This document shows positions 11,911 through 25,334 of a DNA stretch of 41,315 bases, one piece after another. Made by a program: the position numbers and the translations under genes. The stretch comes from Vezdaea acicularis (lineage: Eukaryota). Under the pieces are notes generated by a model. It was given only the letters and a program-made list of their open reading frames with translations. It was not told where the DNA came from and did no database searches. Each line of letters begins with the position of its first letter. The first letter of the stretch is position 1. The stretch is from assembly GCA_026025075.1 (NCBI GenBank), contig JAPEUI010000130.1:1-41315 (forward strand). The letters run 5' to 3'.

Positions 11911-14743
11911 TCAGCAGTGCGCGCCGATCCCAACAAATTCACCATCGGAATGGTTATTGGATATATGATGCCCGATCATTGCGGCAGGGAGGCCGCCCGG
12001 AAGTTCCAATTCCTCTTTGGGGTCTATTTCTTGCAATTCAGGTTCTCCTGTTGTTTGGTATTCTTTCTGTACTGAAGGTAGAGAGTTTGTGATTTTTGAT
12101 TCAACGTCGGCTGAGGCTGGGTCGTGAGATAGGTTCCTCTCGCGAATGGCTTTCCCAAACCAATTGACGCCTGCTTCCTCTTCCTCCATACACTCGCTTC
12201 GCCCTCCAAGCGGGATCTTGGAGATGGTCGGTATTTCCTCCGACTCGACCTTGATCGTTAGTAGGTCGTCAACATGGTCCTTTTCGGTGATAGCTTCGTC
12301 AACCAAGTTGATTTTCGGTTCTATTGATTCAACGGATTGAGGGGATCGTATTTCTGGGACCACAGAAGAGGAGCCAAGTGTTTTCGCCCTAATCGCTAGG
12401 AGTGGGTCCTCATGTAGATCCTCTTTGCCAGCGTCTTTGGCAATTTGCACGGTATCCGATTCTGCCGGGCTGACGATTTCGGAGAATTCGCAAGGTGGAA
12501 TTTTAGACTATATTCTTGTCAGTCATAAGATGTCATGTCTCCCTAGCATGAACACTAACGGGTATTGGTTCGCTAACCCCTACAGTCAACACCCCTCCAC
12601 TCCTTAAGTCGTGTACAACATCGCGTGGTCCCTCGCTTTCAGGCTCCTTTGCTGCGAAGTCCTCTCGCTGTACCAGGTACGGCGTACCCTCGTATTCGAT
12701 TTCTTCCCATCTCCTCTCGTCATTAGGTGAGACGGCGACTATCTGAGGCTCTAGATCGCTACCCTCCCGGCTATCTTCGTACGAGGCAGCTCCATTAGGG
12801 CCTTCGTGATGAGTTCCCGTGCGGCCTCGCGGGACAATATAGATATCTGAAGTATCAGTGGCGGTTGTCCGCTCCACATAAGTAGCTGAACCGGCTGAGC
12901 CAAAGCCACGCGGGCGCGGCACGTTAGTTTCTCGGAAACGATCAATATCTTCCCTTTCGACTGCAGCGGCTGGATCGATGTATTGCTTTTCAGAGGGAAC
13001 AGATGCGACACTTGCGTGGGGTTCAAGCATTGGCCTTGAGTTGGCATCACTAATCTCTGGGAATTTCGAAAGGAGCTCTTTCGCAGACAACCGACCCTGT
13101 GGTCTGTCCGCAAGACATATCGAGACGAGTTCCCGGTAGTATTGAGGAATTTCTGCATGGGCGTTGTGTAGAGATAGCGGACGGGGTTGACCTTCCGGCT
13201 CGTCCTGCTCCTCAGCTATTGCCCAGAGGACCATCCCTAGCTGGAAGATATCGGACTTTACGCCAATGTACATCGAGATACGTTGGCCGCTCTGGATCAA
13301 CGCTCCGACTTCTGGCGGTTCCCAACCAACAGGGCAACCTCTCCGGTTAATATCAATGATCTTGGCATTATCTTGCCCGTCAATCACGATGTTCGACAAA
13401 GTAAAGTCACCTTGGACAAAGCCACCCTCATGAATCTCGGACAGACCTTCAACAATTTGCTTTGCCCATCTTTCCCGCCGTTTCCAAGGGAGGCGGCCTT
13501 TCTCATCATAAAGTATATCGACGAGGGCGCCGTATTCAGCATAGCTAATCAGCAAGCCCTTCACTACGGTCTCGTCGTCATCAATAATCACTCCGCCAAA
13601 GTGAATGACGCTATTGGAACCACAGAGAAAATGCAAGGCATTGATCTCGTAGAGGAACTCTTCTACAGAATCAGGGCCGGGGATCTCTTTTTTAATGAAA
13701 ACTTGATTGTCTGCCCTCACTTTATAGACGAAGCCGGAAAGATGAGAGTCAAATTCCAAGGAGCTCTCTCGGTAGCGCTTACACCTTAGATGACTGATAG
13801 CAGATAAAGAGGGATAGCGAATGATTTCATAGACGTCTTCTGTCACGTGGACATGAAGCCTGCCGTCACTTGTTTGAAGTTTGAGGTTTGTCACGGTGTT
13901 GTAGAACTGGATATCAGGTAGCGATTCGCGGATGGATTCATATATCCGTCCGCTCTTCTCTCTCTGGAACTGTAGACGTTTCAGATCTTGTTCCAAAGAA
14001 TCCGATGGAGCGTTCCGATAGTCACAGGAGACTGTGACCCTTCGCCATTGATGCTTATCAGCAAATGTGTCATAATAGGTGACGAAAAACTTCTCTCTAT
14101 CCGACCGATCTCGAAAGTGCATGCTAAGATTGAGGATCCATCTCTTCTCTAGCTCGTCGCCCAGCGTCCCCTCATCGTAGATGTCTTCGATCCCGTCACC
14201 AAGGTCGGAGCGATCATCGGCAGGATAGGAAGGTTCCGGGAAGTAACCTGGCTCGTCCGTAACACCGACAACGCTCTTAGTTGGCTCTTCTGTCTTCTTA
14301 CCATATGGAGCTTCGTCTCCTAAGCCCTCATCTCCTGAGCTGTATACGTCCGGGGCTGACAAGGACGGTACATGCACTGGGTGAGGAGACGGTGGACGGC
14401 GAGCGCTGACTGCCCGTGGCCGGCCCACCGAAACAGCTCGACGCTCATGAGGGCTGAGCTCGTGAGTCTGCAGTTTCTCCCTCCGTTCCGACTCTTGTCT
14501 TTTCAGGGTCGGAAGGCGGGGCAGGCCGGGCACGACCCTTCGTGAACTTCTCGTTGCCAATGATGATCTGCCTGCGCTACTCTCGGCCTCCGACTGCTCC
14601 GTGGAAGCTGTTGACCCGCTCTCCTCCCTGCCCAGCCAATTGGAGAATCTTCTCCACATACTCGTTCGAGGCGACATAGGTGAGAGCTGGTCACCATCCA
14701 GGGACTGCGGGTGCGACGTGACGCGAGCAAAGGGGAGGGCCAT
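11911..14743 (-). CDS. Fungal protein kinase-like protein with atypical catalytic motifs (2 exons)
   Basis: Kinase subdomains HLSGFVYKV, FIKKE, EEFLYEINAL, FVQGDFTLSNIV, KIIDIN, GWEPPE, KSDIFQLGMVLW. An intron GTTAGT...CTGAC...TAG (~12509-12559) joins the 736-aa ORF in frame to the 11911-12450 ORF (EPIP|SKIPP). Confidence 0.88.
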
Positions 14744-16988
14744 GGCGTTGATAGTATACCCGCCGGCGCAGATCCACAGCTCTTAGCAGTCACGACTGAA
14801 AACGGCGTCAATTACATCGAATGCACTGTCCTGGGGCGATTGAAGCCGGCCGATGCATGCAGAGGATAATCTTAGGTTCTGAACTCGAAAAAGTCTGACT
14901 CGGGTGGCGCGGTGGAGTATGGCGACTGTCCTATCCTCGAGCACCACTGCAACGATCGCCGCGTGAATGTCATTGAAAGAATCATGAGCGGACGTTAAGC
15001 TGGTCAATTGACGTGGAGAGTGGAGAATAGAGAGAAGGGGGGTAGCAGAACACGTTTAGGTCGTGCAATTCGAGCCAAGGGCCTGTGATCGATTTCGGCT
15101 TGAGGGCCACGCCTGCGGACTGCGGCTTCGGTGCAGTGGAAGACGAAAAGTCGTCGCGGTGGCTGACCGACATCGAATCATCGGGTGGCTCCGTGCCAGC
15201 CGCAGTGCACAGACGCGGACAGGGCTCACGAAGGCACACTGCACAATTGGGAGGGCGTCGTGAGCACGATAAAGCTAAGCCTAGGCTGCGGCTATATCTC
15301 GCCGTTTTCTCTCACACGACCCACTCGGCCGAGAGGAGTTGGCCATCACTATCTTCGTCCTTCGTCTCCCCACGATAGCTTGTCATATAAGAACCGGCCG
15401 CCCGCCTGAACCAATATGTGGGAGGATTGCGAGGCATCATGCTGTACGGCCCTGCCCGACGCATTGAACTCGCGCCTGTACCACTCGGTTGCCCTCGCTC
15501 TTGGAGCCTTTGCATGAACATCAATCGAGTCCCTCACCTGGTAGCACCGGGTCCGGAAGCCCTTCCTTCAGCACGATCGAATGATATTCTCGAAACATTG
15601 AAGATTCTTTCCCAAGGCTACCGATTGCTCTCATACGTCAGACGTCCTCTTTGCCGGAATGCCAACGCATCCGATATGTCGAGAATAGCCTTGGTGGAGG
15701 GGGAGGGGGCTAATGGCAACGAACGTCAACTCTGGTGGGCGTATCGCTACTGCAAGGTTAGGTGTGCGTTGTCCAAAGCGGACCTCGAATTCAGCGCCTC
15801 CTACACTCAACAGACCGTACGGTGCCAACCACCACCCTCGAACACCAGGAGCCTCAGCATTGCATCGCCGCCTTAGGCGTCATTTAGGTGCAGGCCCAAC
15901 GACACAAAATCTTACAACACCCGTGCGGCTGTGCATCATAGTAGAAATGAGGTTGTTCCCGTGGTCTCACTAATTCTCGTGTCGAGAGAGTTGCTGTCTA
16001 GGGCATACGAGGCGAGATGCCGCGTGAAAAGGAACGACCAATTTACTTTTCCGCCCGATCCATTTCCTCTTGTTCAGAGCGTGGGCAGCTCCCCCTCATT
16101 TCCCTCATGATCATGGATACGTCGGCTAGCGAGCACTCCAGACAGCTACTGCAAACCGCTGCGTCGGGCAGAATGTTATGTGGGGTTGGCAACCCAGTTG
16201 CAGAGGGACCACACCCGCGTTGCGTGGCACCAATGACTTTGGGAGTGCGAGCACCAGTATAAGACTTCAAGTCATGGACTGTGTGGGACACCATAGCGTA
16301 AATATCCGGGCCGCCTTGCCTTATACTGGAATCACGCCATGGCGTAGCTAGACCAAAGCCGGCTTGCAATGCGTGCACTTCCCATTCGCAGACGATTTCA
16401 GGGAGGGGGCCTCTGATCGATCCCGCGTCGACCGTACGGATAAGTCGGTTGCGCTCATATCCTTAGAAAATATAGAATCAGTGCACGAAGGGAAACAGGT
16501 CCTCGACTGCCTCTTAATCATGCCTGGAAAAATGGGAATATCGCACGGGAGGCACGATTGCTGCATGTGTGCATGAGCCCTATCGCGGCCAAAGCGTCGA
16601 GCTTCAAATCCTACTTGATGAGATGTGTCTCGAAGACCAAGCCGTGCGTGCGAGATGCCTGGCCAGCGTCCGCTCCGTGGTGTCACTGCGTTGTCAAAGC
16701 TTCATGTACGATCCACGGTGCTGGAACGTCGACAGACATGTGATCACGAGCCGCCAGACAGCATCTTCAAGACTCACTTTCTCTATGCAGTAGATACACA
16801 TTTACTATAGATGTACAGTTGATACATGAGCAGAGTAGACGAGCCAGCCCCGACCCCGCATCCAGTGTGCTCGAGGACTTCCAGGAAAGATGCAAGTACT
16901 GCCACGACGACGATGATGCATGCAACCTGTTTAGAGCGCAACCCCAAAAAAATGCCCAAGCCGAATCAAACCCCGTGAGAGAGACTTT

Positions 16989-19900
16989 TCACCCTTCATC
17001 TTCATTCGAGCCTTCTGGCCTTTCTGCCTTCTTCTTCTCGCTCAGTTGGGCCTTCCAGATATCGTTACCTCGCTGAGGATCAACATCTTTGAAGACCAAG
17101 TCGTAAACGTCTTGATACCAGCTTGCCGCATGGCCTTCAATGCCCTCTTTGATGTTCTAAAAGTTATCGTATCAGCATCAGTCGGAAAGTGACAAACAAG
17201 CTCCACTCACCTCAGGTAGTTCAAGCCAGTCCGACATGTTGTCGTACGGGAAGATTATCATCTTTGCTCCAGCACGACGAGCTGCGACCGTCTTCTCCCT
17301 CAAACCCCCGATACGTAACACCTTACCCGTCACGGTCAATTCTCCTGTCATGGCGATAGCTGGGTCGAGTGGGTGATTCAGCGCAAGTGACAGCAAGGAG
17401 GACGCCATCGTAATACCTGCCGAGGGGCCGTCCTTCTGTACAGCTCCCTCAGGGCAATGGAGATGAAGCTTTGCTTTCTCGAAGAATCGGTTCTCTTCGA
17501 AATGTTTCGTCATGAAGGCCTTGGCGAAGGAATATGCGATGGTCGTTGATTCGCGCATGACCGCCTTTAAGTTGCCAGTCCGTTCCAGGCCTGGCCTTGA
17601 TGATGAAGTCAAAGCGGCTTCCAGTATCGATTCGACATACAACGCTGCTCCACCCATATTAGTCCAGGCGAGCCCCATTGCAACACCTGGAGGGGTGACG
17701 TCGTAAAGACGATCGGAAGTAAAGACTGGTGGTCCAACGTAGTCTTTAAGGTTATCGCGATTGATACTGACCTGCACAGTATCAGGAACATCAAGAGCTA
17801 GCCTTGGAGTCTCGGTTGTTGATTCTTGGATGTTCTCTGGAGTCTCCTTAACATCGGTCACATCCTTTTTTGCTTCTTGCATGGCGGCTTTGCCCTCATC
17901 TGTCAATGCCTCCTCCTCCGACAGCACATTTTCGCCTATGTCTTGAATGATCTTCAGGGCAGACTTCCGATAGACTTTCTCTATCTGCTTCTTCAGATTT
18001 CGTACGCCACTCTCTCGGCAGTAAGACTTGATGAGCTCTTCGATAGCCTCCTTCTGAAGAGCGACATCTACGTTCTTCAGTCCACTGAGCTCCTTAGCAG
18101 CGGGTGCTAAGTAACGTTCGGCAATAGCCATCTTCTCATCCGCCACGTATCCTGAAAGCTCGATCATTTCCATGCGATCCAGAAGGGGTCTCGGAATGGT
18201 GTCAGTCATGTTAGCTGTGCAGACGAAGAGAACCTTTGATAAATCGACGGGAACATCCATGTAATGGTCTAGGAATGAGTTGTTTTGTTCTGGGTCGAGT
18301 AATTCAAGCAGCGCGGAGGCAGGATCACCTTGATGTCCTCTTCCAACCTTGTCTATCTCATCAATAAGGATCAAAGGGTTCTCTGTCTGGCACTTCTTGA
18401 GGGCTTGGATGATCCTCCCAGGAAGCGCGCCGACATACGTCCGCCGGTGACCTTTGATCTCAGCCACATCTGTCAATCCTCCCACGCTGAATCTATAATA
18501 TTGACGATTAAGTGCTCGGGCAATCGACTTGCCAATGCTCGTCTTCCCCACACCTGGTGGGCCTACAAAACATAGTATCTTTCCCTCGACTGTCCCTCGC
18601 AGTTTACCAACAGCGATGAACTCTAGTATCCGATCTTTAACGTCGCTTAGCCCGTAGTGATCTTCATCTAAGACAGTCATCGCATTCTTGATGCCAAAAT
18701 TCTCCGCACTACGTTGGCCCCAAGGAATCTGTGTGAGCCAATCAAGGTAATTCCGAGTAACATTGAATTCTGATGCCGCTGGCTCCAGATGTGCCAGTTT
18801 GTTGATCTCCTCATCAAAAACTTTTTTGACTGCTTCAGGCATTGCGAGCTTCTGAGCTCTCTCCGTAAACTTCTCAACCAACTTATCCTTGCCGTCGGAT
18901 TCAATCCCCAACTCTCGGCGGATACCCTTCATTTGCTCCATTAGCCAATACTCTCGCTGTCTCTTCTGAATTTTTTGCTCGACGTCTTTGGCAATCTTGG
19001 ACTGCAGTTGCGCGTTCATAAGCTCCTTCTTGAGGACAATCAAAGCCTTGGATAGTCGCTCTTCTACGTTCAAAGTCTCCAGCACATCTTGTAATTCCTT
19101 AATCTCGCCAGCCGATACAGCTGCGGCAAAGTCAGCCAGCTTGGCGGGTTCGTCGATGACACTTCCAGCCGATTGGGTCATTGAAAACGTAGATATTTGA
19201 TCGCGGAATAATGGATTGAGATGTGCGACTTCCTTGAATACGTTTACCATCTCACTAGTGACTGCACGGATGACTGGACTTTTCTTATCGTAGGGTTCCT
19301 CTGCTAAATTCTCCACGTCGACTAGACTGACTGGATATTTCTTTAAGAAAGAAGTATGTTCATTCTGTAGATGCGTGGCTTCGCTTTCCGCATGTTCAGA
19401 ACTAATCTCCTCGAAGCTGGCCACAACATCGCCTTTCTTCTCGGCCGTACCTCCGTCTTTTGTAACTTCGTTCTCGATGCCCTCGATTTGAACGGCTGGT
19501 GGTGTTGGTGTAGCCTTTTGTGAGGGCGAATCGGTCTTATCGCGATTAGACGGAATCAGAGATGTCATCTTAATCCTGCGGTGCGGATATAGAACCACGG
19601 TGAGACTGTTATTTTCATCCCCATGGAGCGGGAAATGGCTCGTGATCTGCGCAAAGACGCCGACCGGGTGTACGTCGTCCATGTTCTCAATCACATCTTG
19701 ATCTGCATTCTCGTCTTTAAAAAGGAACGCTCCGATGTATGGTTGTCGACGCTTCATCATCTCGTGAATCGCGGCAATAACATTGGGATCACGAATGTTG
19801 ACCGCCTTGTAGAATCCTGGAAAGAGGGGCCTCTTAGCGATTGGGATAGCCATGACTTGAGGATAGACATCCGGGATAGTGGGCTTTTGTAGGGACTTTT

Positions 19901-20399
19901 CTGTAGACGTCCGCCGCCCCTTTCGACCTCCATCCCCCGCACCAGGTCCGTCTCCACTACTACCTGCTCCACTACTTCCCCTTCCGTCCGGCGTACTTCC
20001 TGAAGGCGATGCTGGTATCGGAGTGGGAGTTTCGGGGGATTTGTTCTTGCCCTCTAGAGCTTCTTCTCCGCTCTGGCGCTCTGGGGTCAAGTCTTCCTTC
20101 TTTCCCTCAGTCTTCGTCTCTTCCATGGCTTTCCCTTCTACCTCTGCCCCGGCCTCGGCCTCTGAGCCTGACGATCGGTCTTTCCGCCTCGCTGAGCATG
20201 TTGAAAATAGAGCTACAGACCTTGACTGAATAGAGGGCAGGTTGAGAGCTTCTCGATGCCGCCTAGGGCAGGTGGGATGCACAGACCGCAACGAGGGTAC
20301 TAGGCGATGCCATACATTGGGCGCGCTTTGCAGTCTGATAGAAGCTTGTGGTCTATTACGGAGTATCGCTCTCCATGGCAGGTTTTGGCCGTATAGCAT
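16989..20399 (-). CDS. PIM1: Mitochondrial Lon protease
   Basis: LON N-domain (PIAKRPLFPGFYK), AAA+ Walker A GPPGVGKTS and Walker B LILIDEIDK, protease motif KDGPSAG with catalytic Lys in IGGLREK. Likely start MLYGQNLPWR at 20399 (Arg-rich presequence); final small exon NIKEGIEGHAASWY...EG* ends at 16989. Confidence 0.97.
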
Positions 20400-20795
20400 G
20401 CTCTCCCTTAACAAGACTGACGGCAGCCAGAAGCTTGCTATATGGACGTCGCAGATGCTGAATAGGGACCGACTAGGCTTGCGTAATGGCAGATCTGAGT
20501 AAAGAATGAGAACTTGATTTACAAGGTAGTAAAGACATGCATCTAGGTATGTGATGGTGAATGAAGGTGAGGGATGGCCGACGACTACGACGAGAGGTGA
20601 GTTCCGTGGATTAGTAAGAAAGCAATATTCGCATCGCAGAGCTAGGCGAGGGAAAAATGGCGTTGACGACATCATCTCATTCGCCTCGGCTAAGCCCAGA
20701 GCCTCATGGACTTAACCTACCGTGCCCACCTCATACAGTCTAGGACACTCTAAAGGATATATAATGAGAGAATTTCAGTCCCAGTTTCATGACTA

Positions 20796-20874
20796 CAGCA
20801 CCAGGTCAAAAGTCTGGATCGCTCGCGTCTGGGTTCGCTTGATCTGAGCGATCCAGACTTTTGACCTGGTACTG
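20796..20874. repeat. Perfect 25-bp inverted repeat with 21-nt spacer (hairpin / MITE-like relic)
   Basis: ACCAGGTCAAAAGTCTGGATCGCTC (20800-20824) and its exact reverse complement (20846-20870). Extends to 29 bp with one mismatch (CAGC vs CAGT termini). Confidence 0.92.
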
Positions 20875-21244
20875 GAGCGTGGACTCCTGCCATCCAGCTG
20901 GTTTACGGTAAGCAAGTCGCAAGCAACATAATGGGCTATTAATCGTGTGTCACCCGAATTTCTGAAACTTTAATCCGCAACCATTAGTCACAAGCAATGG
21001 CCATTAAGTCCCATTTCTGTCAAATCAGTTTAGCCCGTCCCATCAGATTGATATAAGCACTCGCTGTATGACGCCAGCAAGCTATTTACATTCTAGCCTG
21101 TGAATCCGGCCATTGGAAAAGATCAAATAATCTGCCTCATGCTGAGAAAATAGAAAGGAAAACAACGGACTCCGGAGAAACACGCTATGCTCTGTGAAGG
21201 AAAGATCGAGAGAATTCCGGCCAGGGTTGAGGTTATATTGGGGG

Positions 21245-24200
21245 TTATCTCCACGCATTTAAACCCGCCCATGGATCGCCACTGCTCGCCTGCTGGCTAT
21301 CGCGGGGTCGTTGCCCAGGTAGTGGCTGCGCGTATCCGTCCGGCCTCGCTGGATAAGGGCCATTTGAGTTGGGAAAGGTTTGCTGCGGCCCAAGCGGAGG
21401 GGGCCCAGGGGGCGGTGGCGGCGGCACGTAACCCGGTGGAACGAATGAAGTGCCGGGTTGCGGATATGAAGGCACTGAAGGCGGTTGAGTCGGGTATCCG
21501 TACTGGTTGGGAGGCGAGACAGGTGTCTGGTAAGAATCCCGCCGAGTGAAATTATTCGGATTGTACGGGTCGTGAGGTTGTGATGGGTGAGCGCCCTGAT
21601 GGTATGATTCCCTTCGCATCCCCTGCTGGCTCGTTGGGAACCCGCCGTTCTGGGAAGGCGCGTATGGCGTGAACCCGGGAATACCCGAGGAGGGAGGTGG
21701 GGTCGGCACATACGGTCCGGGGGGGTGACCCCCAGGATATCGTGGAGAGATGGGCGGAGAGGTTGCGCTATAGGGCGTAGCTGATGCCGGATGGCTCGAT
21801 GAAGCTAGCGGGGATCTGTAGCCTTTTGCGTCCTGCGGAGACGGCGTCTGAGCAGGATCCATCGACATCCGTTCCATAAGCTCCTTGAGCCTCTCCCGCT
21901 CGCGATCCGCGTGGCCGCCTGCACTTCCGTTCTTCTCCTTCTCAATCTGGCCGAGTAGCTGTGCTCCCTCTGCCCTTCGATTGTTGACGAAGGTATCCAC
22001 ATTCTGTTCTAAACTGTCGACCGTGTCTCGCATCTCAGAATAGAACTGCCGCGCTTTATCTAAGCCCGCATTGAGTTCATTAAAGCTCTGGAAGATCTTG
22101 CGATACTTCGCAATTACGGCGTTGCGTTGCCTTGTTATGCCCTCATATTTGGTTTGCTCTGAGCGCACTCTCTTGTCTTGCAACAAATCGCCATACACTG
22201 TCGTGAGTTCCTTCATGATCGAGGACTGTTTATGATTCGCCTGCAGGATCCGGGTCTGGTATGGTCTAAACTTCTCCAGCTCGGCCTGGAAGAGTTGACT
22301 CTCTTGGTTGGATATTGACTTTTTATTTAAAATCAAGACATTCGATATGTCGTCATTGTGAACCTGAGGAGATAAATTAGTTCGAGTTAATGTAAGGTTT
22401 TGGTCGGTATGACAATCAAACCTTATCTTTCAGGTCTTTCAAGACTTGAGCTCTTTCCCTCTTGACGAGGTTCAGCCTCTTCAAAAGATCCTCTACTCTC
22501 GCGATCTGGTCCATCACAGTGAAGCCGCCTTCTGAAAAGTCTTCGTCAAGCAGGTTGCCCTCGGTACTGGCAGACACAGGGCTGTTATCTGCTCCGGTCT
22601 TCCCTTTCCCTTTGAAAGATGCTGCCTTTAGCATGGCTCGTTGAAAAAGTACATCGGCCTCATCCGTTTCTCCGGCGGACCGCATCTCGTCAAAGTCAGA
22701 TTCAAATTGGCGAAATGTAAAGAAAAGCTGCGAGTCGCTAGTATTTGCTTCTTCCACTGCTCCCCGGTAGTTCCGAATATCATTCCGAAGAGTAGTGGTC
22801 AATCTGGAGCTGGGTTGCTGCGTCCAGTCTGCACCGTACTTCGAGCGCATCTTCTCACAGACACTCTCTTCCATATCCAATTGCTTGGTACCTTTGTCCA
22901 GAATGCCGTTGATTTCGGTTTTCTCTAACTTGATCTGATCGAAAGCCCGGCCAAAAGGCTCGTGCCCCGCGAGTCCGTCACACCACGCTTTGAACTCGTC
23001 GTCAACAATGTTCGCTGAATCCATACCTCCTTTCAAAATCTTTAAACTACCGGGTAATTTAAGGTAGTCTAAGCTCGCTGCCATTTCTCCATTTGCAGTT
23101 TCGACTCTCTCGCTTTCTGCTCTTACCAGCTTCGCCTTTTCCTCATCATAAAGACTTGCTGACTCGGTGACTGACATAGGAACGATCTTTTGGAATATGT
23201 CAGGGCCGATGATCCTTTGGATGTCTTGACCCGCATAAAGTTCGCTGACTGGAATAGCTTTCGCAGCAGGAAGTTTGGGTATAACCGCAAGCGCCGCCTC
23301 GACCGGAACTGGCTGATGATAGATGAAGTCATTATCTTTGATCAATTCTCGCATTCTGTCTTGCACCATACTCAGGTGCCGCCTTGTCAAATCCTGAAGG
23401 TGTGAGGCGGTCTCAGAACCTAGATTTGAACTATTTGGCACTGTTGATGGGAAAGAGCTAGCGGTTCTGCTTGCATCCCTAGCAAGGCCTTCAGCAACGT
23501 GAAGTCTTGCTATAGCAACGCCGTGGGAATTTGCGTCGTTGTCGGCAAGAGCTTGGTAGTACTGTGCCAGAGACGACATATAATTGGATTTGATCTGGCC
23601 ATATGATGTAAGCAAAAATGCACTAAAGAAGGACTCCTCTCATTAAGCCGGCCAGAGCTTCAACTATACATATATTAAAATCACAGCCGAAAGGACCGGG
23701 CACGTCTTTCATCAAGAGTCCCAACCTGTAATCAAGCCACCTCAAAATCCGGAAATACCAAAACATTCGTCTGCAGGAGGGCCTATGTCAAGCAGCACGT
23801 ACCTGAGTAACGAGTAACCAGACTTTCTCAAAGACAGCTTTCGTCACATTCTCCTGAACTCCTTCTGCAGCCTGCGCATAGAGGTATCCCGCCTGGCTCG
23901 CTAGCTTCGCTAGGAGGCCGACTTTCTTATCATCGGTTATTTGCTTCTCCAGAAACACTTCCTGGCCTTGAGCAAGCATAATTGCAATAAGAGTCTTGAC
24001 GGTGTCCCTGCTCAAGTCGGTTGACGGTGCATGGAGGAAGTTCTCATTGATGTACGTGAACATGCCTGCGGATGCTTGAAACGAGTGGTATGCAATCTTG
24101 AGACCAGAGTCTTCGGAGCGGTTTTGATTCGCAGCATGGCAGGACAACACAGCGGATATGTTGAAAATGATCGAAGCTTTCTCATATGCTAGGGAGAATT

Positions 24201-24613
24201 GTGAGGTAGGTTTCTGGGTGAAGGCGTCAAACCTAGAGCAACGACGTCAGCAGCTGCGGCGGCTCGCGATAGGCAGAGTCTCAATATTGTTCGTCTTCTA
24301 AAAGGGGAGAGCTATGATTAACAGCGTACCAAGTAAATGAGATTTTGATGTGGTTCTCATCCACTGGAAACCTTAAATCAAGTAGCTCCAATTGGCCGTA
24401 GTATCTATATAGCAGATCCCGCCCCGCAGCACTGTCCTTTCCAGCCCCTCTCATATCCTGGCGAAGCCTGTTCAACGTAGCGCATTCTTCCGCATAACGC
24501 TCTGGGTCATCACCATACGTTTGTCGAATGTAGGCCTTGAGAGGGTTGATCCAGTCGATCTCGTTCGTCTGCTTCAACGGACTCGATATCATAGGCGCTT
24601 GCATGCCGGGCAT
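21245..24613 (-). CDS. BRO1: Vacuolar protein-sorting protein Bro1 (ALIX family: Bro1 domain, V domain, proline-rich tail); 4 exons
   Basis: PMISSPLKQTNEIDW...LNRLRQDMRGAGKDS...YYGQLELLDL; SLAYEKASIIFN; KDNDFIYHQ; GPDIFQKIVP; Pro-rich C-terminus ending DPWAGLNAWR. Start may be the ATG at 24604. Confidence 0.93.
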
Positions 24614-25334
24614 GCTGGCAGCTGGTAGGCAGGCTTCCCCTGCCCACCTTCAGAGAGCGCTGCAAGGCACACGAGATTACGACGAAGCTTCGAAGAGTTC
24701 CCGTAAGAGCCAGAACGATGTATCGTTAAGCAAACGATTTATCAGGTGGTCGAATCGCCCTTCACTTATCCATGTACCTGCATCCATGTGCAATCGTGTG
24801 AGAATTTGAACGGGTGGTGTCAGAGCGCCGAAAGTCACCGTGGGATGGTGAGCGCCTTGCAGTTCCTAGCGGGACCATTCACCTGTAACCTTCAGGCCCC
24901 GCGGCTGGCCGCAGAAAAGGTCCCTCGCTTAACCACATAGATCTGACAAGTGGTCAACGACCCGAGCTGTTGACCCTCCTTTGACGAATCACAATGCCAC
25001 CAGCGAACGAGTTGATAAAAGGCGTTCAGAGCCATCTGTAGGACGGTTTGCCGTCACAAGGATAGGTTGCAGAACATCTCGGAAGAAATTTTCAATTCAG
25101 CTTTACTTAAGGAATTGGATAATGAGAACATGGGCAGCCAACCATATAGAGTTGAGATACTTTGCGTCCTGTCTAGAATCCCAATCCTGTACTCGTGGGA
25201 TATATGCACATGAGTATAGTACAAAAAAGTGGCACAAATTCATATATACATATTGCGCCAAGATGCACCAGAAACGGTTCGGCAGCTCGTAGGAAACATG
25301 CTAGTCCCCTCGCCTTACTCCCTTTAAAATGCAA

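Noticed and set aside
11382..12075. ORFs between the DUF2415 gene and the kinase
   Set aside because: They lie in convergent 3' regions or antisense to the kinase's last exon, with no recognisable homology.
14783..16810. Short ORFs upstream of the kinase
   Set aside because: No domain signal; likely promoter or leader. uORF function cannot be assessed from sequence alone.
20400..20675. 92-codon in-frame N-terminal extension of Lon in the ORF track
   Set aside because: Not Lon-like. The downstream ATG at 20399 begins a plausible mitochondrial presequence, so the extension is probably promoter or 5' UTR.
23631..23722. SECIS-like reading of the BRO1 intron stem
   Set aside because: It lies in an intron rather than a 3' UTR, and ascomycetes are not known to have selenocysteine machinery.
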